A DNA stretch of 64,000 bases from Camelus dromedarius (taxonomy: Eukaryota): assembly GCF_036321535.1 (NCBI RefSeq), contig NC_087437.1, positions 3,472,001 through 3,536,000 on the forward strand, read 5' to 3'. Positions 53,266-64,000 of this stretch are shown one piece after another. Below the pieces are notes generated by a model. That model saw nothing but the letters and a program-made list of their open reading frames with translations, did no database searches and was not told where the DNA came from. Position numbers and translations under genes: made by a program. Position 1 is the stretch's first letter; every line of letters starts with the position of its first letter.

Positions 53266-56200
53266 CTGAAAATCAATGCACAGCCCTTAACTGAGGCCAT
53301 CAGCACTGCAGCAACGTCAAGGCGACATTCAAGGGCAGTCGGAAAGCAGCAGCGAGCCACCTTTGCTACAAGGTAATGCCACAGTAATTCGAGATAAATT
53401 CAATTATGACATGCTTATTAAAGAGATTTATTCCAAATGACAAGGTTATTTATGGCTTTAATTTGCGTGAGGAATTTCAGGACAAAGCCTCTCTCAAAAA
53501 GGATGATTTAAACAAACACCACTAGTGACAAGATGGGCTTTTTCCACTCAGGGGAAAAGCAAACCCTCTCGGAGAGCTCCGGCTAGGGTCTTTCAGCAGG
53601 GGTGGCAATTGCTTAGATAACCAAGGGTTCTTTTTCTAATAAGCTTAGCTTCCCCTTTATCTTGACCTCACACCTGAGCACTAGCTTTTTTGCAGTGGGA
53701 AGCTAGATGCTGACCAGGGGGTAATATGCAGCCTTGAACTTTAGCAGAACAGAGCTGAAGGCCAAGGCTGGGGTCAGGAGGTAAAGAGCCATTAACGAAA
53801 GCTGCAGGGTGATGAAATCTGCTGAGAGCATCATAATTTTTACCACGATACCCTGGAGGCTCTCATGAACACACTGGAGCTGACGGGAAAGCAATACGCC
53901 CCTGGGGGAGGGGTGGGTCGTTGGAGCTGGGTTTGCATGTGGGCTGTGGGAGGGGCAGCGTCCCCCTGTGCCTTCATCCTCAGACCCCCACACGGTGCAT
54001 CATCCTGCCAGGAAAAGGCTCAGAGCCCTGAGATCTGTTTACAAATGATGCCCACGGAGCTGCTCTGTCAGGGGAGTTGCCCACGCCATGAACTCCTGCT
54101 TTGCCCAGCATCTCCTGTAACACGTGACCATCTGATTTCAGCACCAAATGAGGAAGTGATCGCCAACCCCATTTTACATCTCAGTTCAGCCTTTTCCCTA
54201 TATTTTTTAATTAAAAAGGTGAAATGCAAATTCCCTTATTTCTTAGACCAGCCCTTCCTGTGTACACCCCTCGGGGGCACGCATCCCCTTTGGACTTCTG
54301 GTTCCTACAGACACCATCTTGACGAATACTGTCCTCTTTGTCATGCTCTCTGGTCTGTCCCCAGGCTCCATCCCTAGACGCAGAGTCACTGATACGAACT
54401 TTGTAAAGGGCATGTGACACTGAGCTAAGTAAATGGCATACTCCTCCCAGTCCTGCCCCACATGCAGACCCCGGTAGGTGCTGGGTCCCGACAGCCCCCT
54501 TGCTCTCACTCGGGAGGTCACCCCTCTGGTGGGAGGTCACACACCCTCAGCCTCGCTGTCACCAGCTGGCGGCTCCATGTCAGCATCCTCCCGCCTCTGA
54601 GGTTCATTTCAGATTTGTGTCGGCTGCTTTTTATAAACATCTTTCCTAGAACCTGAAAAGTACTGAAGTAACAACCACATGATGCCAAGCAACATGCAAG
54701 CTGGAAAATCAGCTCTGCTAAGAGTGAAAGGAAGGCACTGTTTCCCCATCTCTCCCAGAGAGAGCTGGCCACCCTGAGGGCTTCTGCAAATAAAGGTCAG
54801 AACAATTTCTCCTGAGCTGCAGTTTATTTTAATCCGCCTACGACTCCCCTCAGCAAGGCTCTCAGCATCACTGGCAAGACGCTAAGCCTCAGCCCAGGGC
54901 AGAGGATGGGGCACAGAGTTTCCAGCAACAGGGCTGGCAAATTGCGATGCTCAGAGTGGTTCCTCTTCCCGTGTTTCTTACTGACCGGCCTTCTCCCTGC
55001 CGCCCACCTTCCAACACAAATAGAGGTTGCTTGTGTCAAAGAAAAAGATAACACACTCAGCCACCACGATTAATACCACCTGGGCTAGAGTCACAGCCTT
55101 CATCCAGAGGGTCCCTGCGTCCCCACTGATTCTCAAACTCGACTGTGACACCATCCAGCCAGGGATCCCGGCAAAATGCAGACTCTGACAAGTGGGTGTG
55201 GGCTAGGCCTGGAGTCTGCATTTCTCCTCCGCTTCCGGGTGACACAGAAATGTGCAGGCCAGCTCTGTGACTTGTGGGTCCAGTGCTAAGTGATAACGCA
55301 GGGCCCCTCGTTCAAAAGCAAGAGAAGAGCTGGTGTGTTTTTCTGCATCTCTTGGGGCCTGTCCCCGTGTTTCTTGTTGGGTGTTTTTCCATGTCATCCT
55401 CCCTTCAGACTGGGCTAGAAACTCTGGAGGAGACTGGAGACCCTCCCAGGGCCCCAGCCTGCAGGAGTCATGGCCAGGCCCCCGCTGGGAGGAAAGGCAG
55501 CAGCAGTGGGGGAGGGGGGTGTTGGGGAGTGGGTGGTGGTCCAAGGACAGCAGGGAGGCAGCTGAGCCAGGCTTCTAGCCCCTGCCACGTGGTCCACTGT
55601 CCCCTCAGATGTCACTCACAAAACACAGATGCAAATTATAAGGAATTCTATTAAACCCCAAGAGCTGGCTCCCCTGAGCCCGGGGCCCTGGGAGGCTGCA
55701 CGGCGGGCCTGGCCCCTGGGGCGCTGGTGCCAACGCTCTCCCATCTCAAATGTCTTAGAAAATCAATGAATCCTCCAGCTCTATGTCGATTTTTCAATGT
55801 TAACTTTCTCTTTATTAATTTCAACAGCATTTGCAGGCATTTGGAATAGTAGGCACGTGAGAGACACCCGCCGCAGGCCAGGCGCACCGAGGGCTTCCAG
55901 CAGGGAGCTCCATACCGTCTCCTCCCAGGCTCTCCCAGCCACCAGGTCTGTCCCTCCTGACCTTGGACCTTTGGCCCTCAGTCTGCCCCCTCCAGAACCT
56001 TTCTGAAGAATGGCAGACCCTGACTGGGAGCCCAGCTCCGACACACTCCTCACCCTTCGGTTCCCGCTGGCACCCACGGTGGTGGACATGTGCACGGCGG
56101 GGGCAGGTTTTAGAAAACGTCTGACCACTCTGTCCTGCTCCTGGGAAGTCCTGAGACACGCGGCCCCTCTGTGGACAGCCCTGCGGTATGTCAGAGGGAG

Positions 56201-57129
56201 CAGAGGGTCACCCGCAGCCACGTCCTGCTCCCACGCACCCGCTGCCTGGGCTGTGTGGTCCTGAGGAGGGACTGTGCCCCTTTAAAACACAGGCAGGGCG
56301 ACTGCCATCCAGTGGCCTGAGCGGAGGAGGGGCCACCTGTCACAGCTCCACCCCCACATCGGTGTCAGAACTGAGGACCAGACGTTTTGAAAAGGAGGCG
56401 GTGACTGACAAAGTCTTGAGCAACAATCTGCGCATTTGCCCTCCCTCTCCATCATGCCATTTGCACACAGAACAGGCGCCCTGGAGACAACTGGAAACGG
56501 ATGTCACGACTTGGAGTTTCTGTTGTTTCCTCTGAAAGCAGCAGCACACTCTTCTCTGCTGTGTCGCTCACCCCACGTCTGTCCCCCTAAATTCTGCTCC
56601 CTCTGTTCTGCCCCTTCCTCCATCCCGTCTGTCAACTGTCCCCCCACCTTCATCCTGGCCCCTCCCACCTTCCTGGCCCAGGGCTGTGACTTTTATTTCA
56701 GGTCTGGGGTCTGTCACCTTTGTGAAACTTCCTTTTGCACACATTCACCCCAGTTCATCACTAGCAACAGCAGCCACAGCAACGGCTGAACCGTGTTTGG
56801 TAAATAAGAGCCAGGCCCTGTGCTAAGCCTCTTACCAGCATCACCTCACATCAGAGTCCTGGTAGCAGGTCCATTCCAGTGGGGAAGGAGAGGTCCGAGG
56901 CAGTCTGCACGACTGGACCTAACACAGCTGGCACTGAACCTGGGCTCGGTGCTGGCCGCCCCGGCTCAGACGTCCCAGAGCGAACACCTGCCCCACGTCG
57001 ACCTCCGTGAGGGGTCCCGGCCAAGGTGCTACCCGCCAGGTCTTCTGATACTCCCCCTCCGCGCCTCCACCCTTTTCAACTAGTTAGCAACTCCTGACCA
57101 CAGAGGCTATGTCCTGTTTACCTTTTTTC

Positions 57130-58500
57130 CTGAACTTTTTAATCCATTTTTAAGTGTACAACTCAGTGGCGTTAGTACATGCATGATGGGCAGCTATTAC
57201 CGTTATCTGTGCCCAGAACTTTCTCACCACTCCAAACAGGAACTCTGTATTACACAGTGACTCCCCGTTGCTCCCCCCACCCCCGGTGACATCTAGTACA
57301 CTTCCTGTGCCTGTGGGTTTTACTGTTTTAGGTAATTCATACACGTGGCATCAGACAGTATTTTGGGGCTGGCTTACTTCACTGAGCGTCCAAGCTCACC
57401 CATGTTGTGGCACGTGTCAGGACCTCCTTTTATGAATGAATGCTATTCCATTGTGCATATGTGTCACTTTTTGTTTACCCATTCGTCTGCTGATGGACAT
57501 TTGGGTTGCTTCCCCAACGACAGATGAACGGAAGGACAAAACGACTGTTCTGAGTGACGCTGCTGGGGGTATTCTCACAGAGCCCCTTGGTCAGGTTTAG
57601 GAAGGTCCTTTGTATTCCCAGTTGTTTTTAGTGTTTGTTTTTTTCTTTTTTTTTTTTAATCAAGAAATGGTGTTGGATTTTGCCATTTGCTTTTCTGCAT
57701 CTATTGGGATGATCGTATAGTTTCTGTCCTTTAGTCTGTGAATATGGTGTGTTACGTAACTGCTTTTCTGAAGTAAAACTACCCTTGCATTTCTGGGATA
57801 AATCTCACTTGGTCATTGTGTATAATCCTTTTTTAAATATTGCTATGTTTGGCATACTAGTATTTCCTTGATGATTTTTGCACATGTATCCATAATGAAT
57901 ATTGGTCCATAATTTATTATTTTTTTTCTTGTGATGTCTTTGGTTTTATTATCAAAGAATGACTTCACAGAATGAGTTAGGAAATGTTCTCTCGTATTCT
58001 GGTTTTTGGAAGAGTATGTGAAGAATTGGTATTAATTCTTCTTTGACTGTTCAGTGGAATTCACCAGTGAAGCAATATGGGCCTGGTCTTTTCTTTGTTG
58101 GAAGCTTTTAAATGACTAATTTGCCCTACTTGTTATATAGGCCTCTTCAGATTTTCTTTTTCTTCTTGAGTCAGCTTCATCTTTATAGAAATTTGTTCTT
58201 TCATCTAAATTATCTAATTTGTTGGCATACCTCTGTTCATGGTAAACCCTTATAATCCTTTTAAAGTTGGTAGCAATGTCTCCCCTTTCAACCCTGATTT
58301 CTTAATCTTCTTTCCTATTTTCTTGATCAGTATAACTAATCAACTTATAAAAATCTTTTCAAAGGAACAATTTTTGGTCTCACTGATGTCCTGTATTGTT
58401 TTTCTATTCTTTATTTCATTTATTTCCACTCCAGTCTTTATTATTTTCTCCCTTAAGCTTGCTTTGGGTTTAAGTTGCTTAAGTTTTCAAGTTTCTTAAG
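57130..58500 (-). mobile_element. Old L1 fragments, antisense (3'UTR and ORF2)
   Basis: ttttctgcatctattgggatgatc; ttggaagagtatgtgaagaattggtattaattctt; gaattcaccagtgaagc. Confidence 0.75.
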
Positions 58501-58554
58501 GTAAAGCATGTATTTTTCGATGTCCAATAGGTGGATATTAAAATCAAAGGTCAT

Positions 58555-59060
58555 ATCTGGATAAAGAAAATGTGGTATATATACACAATGGAATACTACC
58601 CAGCCACAAAAAAGAATGAAATAATGCCATTTGCAGCAACATGGATAGACTAAAAAATTATTACATTAAGTGAAGTAATTCAGAGAAAGATAAATAGCAT
58701 ATGATATCACTCACATGTAGAATCTGAAAAAAAAATACAAATCTTATTTACAAACCAAAAATAGACTCACAGACATAGAAAACAAACTATGGTTACCAAG
58801 AGGGGAAAGGGAGGTAAGGGACAGATTAGGAGTTTGGGATGAATAGATGCACACTACTATATATAAAATAGATAAACAGGGTCCTACTGTCTAGCACAGG
58901 GAGCTATATTCAATTTCTTGTAATAACATATAATGGAAAAGAATCTGAAAAAAGAAGTATGTGTATGTATAACTGAATCACTTTGCTGCACACCTGGAGC
59001 CAACGTTGTAAATCAACTGCACTTCAATAAAAAACAAAATTTTAAAAACATTTAAAAATA
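58555..59060 (+). mobile_element. 5'-truncated L1 3' end
   Basis: ggataaagaaaatgtggtatatatacacaatggaatactac...cttcaataaaaaac. Confidence 0.88.
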
Positions 59061-60125
59061 GAGTTATTATTTAAGTAAATATTTTAGGTATCAGAAAAAA
59101 AATTAAAACTCCGAGGTCGTATGAATAGTAGCTGTGGTCCTTCACCTGTGGAGGGCTTGCGCTCAGCCGGGGAAGGTGGGACGTCTGTGGGGCTGATCCC
59201 CAGGACTGCTGAGGACACACACACACAGGTACGCGGACCACAGAGGGGTGTCATGGCGGTCTGTGGGAAAGCTCCAGCCTTCGAGGCCGGGGACCTGCGT
59301 TATCGTACTGGCTCTATTCTGACCCGCTGCGGGGCCCTCAGGACACCTCCCTGGGCCGAGTTCCTCAGTTTATACCTCAGTGTCTTCTCCAATTCAAACA
59401 CTCTAGGGTCTGGTATGTTACATATCTGCCTACTTGAGAAGGTAGCACTTACGCTAACGAAGACAAAGAGCAACAATAAACGTTCCGGGCATCACTGGAC
59501 ACCGGCACAATCTTCCCGAAGTCCCTCCCACCTGTGAAGAACAGGCTGCTGAGGCGCTAACACTCACTAGCTCCCCACGGGAGTGTTTTGACAACGAGAT
59601 GGAAACAACAGGATGTGAAGAGATGTTACACATGTATCCTTACGCTCCTCACAGCGATACGGCCAGGATCCGGTCTGCTTCTGTGGTCCCGGCCAGCAGG
59701 CCCTTTGCCCTGACGGAGTGGCAGCTCCATGAGCCTGACATTTCAGCAGCAGAGCGAGATTCTTCTCTCACGTCTCCCAAAATTTCCCTTCACTCTTTTC
59801 AGCTGCTGGGCAAACGCCCTCCCTGCTAAACCGCCCGCCGCGCGGGGAAGAAGGTGCTGACGCAGGCCCTGCGGGACGGGTACTCTGGCAGAGACGTCCC
59901 CTCAGCTCCTGGACACTGCTGAGCCAGGAATCCCTGCGGACACTGTCCCTGGTGCGCGGTCTCCGCTGTGCACCCTCCGCTTTCCCTCCATTTCCTGCAG
60001 AATACTCGGGAATCAGCTCCCTGACAGGCGTCCTCTTTGCCCAAATCACTGCAAAGGCACATCTCCAGCGCCCCATTTCTCTCTCCCTCTAGCTGTTAGG
60101 GTGGCACACGATCAAAGATTTTGCC

Positions 60126-60335
60126 CAGGGGTTGGCAAACTTTTTCTGTAGAGGGTCGACTAGTAAACATTTCACACTTTGCAAGCCAAAGAATCTCTGC
60201 TGGCAACAATTCAACTGACAACAGCCGCCGGCAGTCGGTAGATAAATGAGCAAGACTACGTTCCAGTAAAAACTGTATTTACGAAAACTGGCAGTGGGCC
60301 AGACTTGGCCTGTGAGCCGTGGTTTACCGCCCCTG
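60126..60335 (+). mobile_element. MER58A-like hAT MITE
   Basis: Terminal inverted ends caggggttggcaaac...gtttaccgcccctg, ~210 bp. Confidence 0.7.
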
Positions 60336-62394
60336 CTCTCGGTGGTGCAGAACCATCAGCATTGTAAGCTGGCCCACAGACCCCTTCTGCCAGAGTCCCT
60401 CGGCCTGGGGGTGGGGAGACCGAGGCCACGAGGGGCTGCCTGGTGTGGCCCGCATCACCGAGCCAAAAGGGAAGGGCACAGACAGCACGAGGACTGTGGC
60501 GTCCTGACTCCCAGATGAGTGCTCTTTCTGACCCCCCCCACGGAAGTGCCACGTCCACACAAGGATCGTCACGGGCTGGCTGTGAAAATGCAGGAGATAG
60601 GCAGACAAAACTCCTCCTCCGAAGGCAGAGGTTTGGGGCGAACAGGACACATGCTGGTTGCGTCTCCGCCCCTCCAGAGGATGCTCCTTGGGGCCCCAGT
60701 TACAAGGCCAGCCATGAACCCCAGGAGGGGGGTGAGAGCTGTCCCACTGACTGAGGCTGAGCTGACCCACATCTTTGGGAGGATTCTTCCTTGAGCTTCT
60801 CCGGTGATGACTCTGGACCTCAGGGTGCCCATAAAACTGGCTAAGAATCTACAAAGCAGGCTGGTCTCTGTCTTCACAGTGTTACCCCAACACCCAGAGG
60901 CGGAGCCACACCACCCGATCTCCCTGCCAGACAGGACTTGCTGCCCAGCTGCCGGGAGTGCTGGTCACAGGCAGCCTCCAGCTGCGGTCCCTGCATAGCT
61001 GCCTCCCGCGTGGCCCCCACTTGGTGAGCAATCACGGCCGAGGGAGAAAGCCTGGTCACTGTGGCCATGGCAAACAGTCCCGAGGAGTCCAGACCCCCCA
61101 CGGGGTCGGGCGAGGCTCGTCAGGCCCTCTGCCCCATCCTGCCCCCTTCCCTCCTGGCCACAGGGGCCAAAACTAAGGGCTCTCCCGAACAGGTGTCTTG
61201 CCCACGCAGCTCCCTGTCCAGGGCTGCTTCTCAAAGAACCCAAGCCCTGACCACATGAGTACCGGTGGGAGGGGTGGGGGGTGTTGTCTGAGAGCCTTTA
61301 ACAAGCTGAGTATGTGGTAAGAGTGATGGTAAAAATGACAGTGTAATTCCTATCTGCCCCCCTGCCCCTGGCCCTGCCCGGCCCCACCCCCCTGCCCCGC
61401 TCCACCCCCCACTCCACTCCCAGCTCTTTTGAAGAGCTGTTTCCGTAAGAACAGGGCAGAAGCCTCCACCTAAGGAAGTAGTTGCCCACCCTCCCTGAGG
61501 CTGTGTCCCAGCCACAGCCCAGGAGGAGGCGGGGGAGGAAGCAGGCAGGAGGATAGGGAAGAAGATGGTCCAGGAGAACCACCTCCACGTACGTCCAGCA
61601 GGACAAGGGCGCCAGCTGCCTCAGAGGATGGGCTGTGGGTTCTGACTCTGCTATGTTCCGTCAGTTACAAAACTTCCGTGATTCAGTTTCCTCACCTGGA
61701 CCAAAACCCTGCCTTTTGGGGCTATAGTGAAGCTTCACTGCAATGATCTACATAAAGGTGCGTGGTTGCTGGGAAAGGCCCCAGGTGCGTTCTCGTGGCC
61801 TGCCCTGTGCCCAGGGCACCCACCCCACTGCTCTGCACAGGGCAGCTTCTCAGTACAGAAGACGCACTCACTGCCGTTATCAAAATTAAATAGTTGGAAA
61901 AAGAAAAGTGGGTCAGCTTGGAAAAGGAAAACTGCTACTCATAGGGGAGATGATAAATACCAGAAGATAGGAAATAAATAAACTTTCTATTTTTATTACA
62001 TGGTTATTATTTCACACAGCAAATATGCAACCAAATTTCATGGAAGATGAAAAACAACAGGAGTTCAGGGGTTTGCAAGTGTTCATTTCCTTTTGTGTAC
62101 ACCAGAAGCTCCTCTAAGAATAGCACCTATCAATTAAAAAAAAAAAAGAGGGTGTGTCTATTTTAGGGCTGACTGCCGCCATCAAATGTGCACAGAGGGT
62201 AAGCGGCCTGTGGAGGCCGGGCCCTAACATTTTCAGTTGTGCTTACCTGAGAGAGACAGTAGCCAGAGACTGGGAGTTTAATTACTCTGGGCTGCCAGCA
62301 TGGAGAAGCTTAGCTTTAGAAACAAAACCTGCTTTTCTGTAACAACAGACTGGGCTGGCTTCAGAACTGACTAAGGCCCTCAAGTATATCAGCA

Positions 62395-62419
62395 TTAGGG
62401 TTAGGGGTTAGGGTTAGGG
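62395..62419 (+). repeat. Short telomere-like repeat (TTAGGG)x4
   Basis: TTAGGG TTAGGGG TTAGGG TTAGGG. Confidence 0.8.
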
Positions 62420-64000
62420 CCACCGGGGCCCCCACACCCATCAATAGTGGCCTCGGGGATGCTCTGCCAGCCCGTGAGGAGCTGGTGTGCAGGGGAACCG
62501 AGGCCCCTGCCAACCTGCTGCTGTGTGAGCGAGCGAGTCGCCGGGAAAGGCATCCTCCAGCGCCCGTCCAGATCTCCGATGACCTCGGTCTTAGCAACAT
62601 CTGACTCCAACCTTCCCAGAGACCATGGGCTGGCACCCAAGCCGAGCCGCCCCTGGCCTTGGGCCCCACAGCAACCACGAGGGGTAGAGGGACGAACACT
62701 GTTCTCAGCCTGCACATCGCGGAGCAGGCTCTGGGCAGTGCAGCCACAGTTTAGGCCCCAAGCTCCTGCAGGGGTCAGAACGTGGAACAAACGTGGAACA
62801 ATGTTTCTGCACTGACCAGGTGTGAGATCGTTGTCGTGTTGCTGCAAGGTGCCTGTATAAATGCTGTGTTACTAAGTTCTCATAAAGACCTGAGTAATAG
62901 GAAGAAGGGCGTGTCCTTTGGGGATGGATGAAGAATCCTAAAAGTCATGTGGGGAAATGCATGTCAGAAGAGGAGAATATCTGAAAAAATAAGAAAATTT
63001 GAAGACATCTGTCTGATCAGACATTAAAGCATTGCATAAAGGCAGTGGAATGAGAACCCTCTGGCACTGACCGAGGATTCAGAAGCTAGCTCAGCAGGCT
63101 GAAGGAGGAGTCATAAACAAGTAATATTCAGGAGTCATAATATGGAGCAAAAGAATTTAAATTAAGTGGAAAAGAATAAATTTTGCTGGTGTAAACACCT
63201 CAAGTGTGAAAAATAAGACAAAAAGTCTAGAAGAAAACTAAGGAGGCTATATATAAAACACTCTTAAAAAAACAAACAAACAGAAAAGCTAGAGTCTATT
63301 AAAGTTGTCACATTTGCCTGCATAAAAAAAGTAAGAAATTTCCCCCTCCAAAAATCCCAAAGAAACAATAAACAAAATTAATGACATAAAATAGACTGGA
63401 AAAAATCTGCTACACATATGATGGAAAAGGAGGTGGTAATATCTTTCTAATAATTCAGTTTAATCCATTGAACATTAAATCGAGTGTGCTTCTTTTTCCC
63501 CACACAAAAAGGATATTAAAGAGCCCAGTGAACGCCCTTTATCGGGAAAAGACTTCATTTGTTTAGGAAAAATAATGACAGGAAGCTACCAAGACAGGTC
63601 ACGTCCTACCGACGCCAGTGGAAGCGCCCACCACCCCACCAGCCAGCCTGCCCCGGCCCCGGCTCCTGCCTCTGTGCCTCCGCCCATCCCGCCCCTGCAG
63701 GGCCCCCGCCTCTCACGCCAGAGCTCCCCTGGTACTAAGGACTGTGTCACATGCTGCCTTCTCCTGGCCCTTGATGACGTCTATCCCCCAGCTAAAAGTG
63801 ACCCCCACACTCTCTGAACCCTTTTCTCCTTCTGTTCAGTTATTTAGGCCCTTGTCCTGGTCCTGCTCTGAAGTTACAGGCCTTCAATGGCAGGACCCAG
63901 ACCTAACACGTTGCCGTGCTCCAGCACCTTCCTCGACAAAGTCCATCAAGCTGGATGAGATCACGACGTGTGATAGAGGAACGTGTGGTTGTGGAGTTTC

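Noticed and set aside
53266..64000. Additional upstream NEK11 exons
   Set aside because: I could not find a splice-bounded segment matching NEK11. The next exon probably lies beyond the window, though a short exon could be missed by eye.

Overview
Mammalian genomic DNA, most likely camelid (camel/alpaca/llama), judged from Vic-1-like tRNA-derived SINEs and a Cetartiodactyla-like NUDT16 protein. The minus strand carries the last two coding exons of NEK11 (53265-53169 and 13596-13395, separated by a ~39.6 kb intron). About 9 kb downstream, also on the minus strand, is a complete intact three-exon NUDT16 (U8 snoRNA/mRNA decapping Nudix hydrolase, 195 aa) with a CpG-island promoter holding four CCAAT boxes, GC boxes and a CRE. 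The NEK11 intron contains a full-length RPL35A processed pseudogene with TSDs, a solo ERV1-type LTR, and many L1, L2, SINE, MaLR and DNA-transposon remnants. Almost all ORFs in the supplied track are GC-rich or repeat-derived noise. I found no evidence for a novel biological system. The best leads are modest: no second NUDT16 copy at the position where human has one, a possibly bidirectional NUDT16 promoter built by a local duplication, a non-canonically rearranged L1, an exact 87-bp tandem duplication, inverted L1 pairs in the NEK11 pre-mRNA, and a few candidate intronic regulatory islands. Repeat subfamily names and cross-species comparisons are from memory, not from searches.
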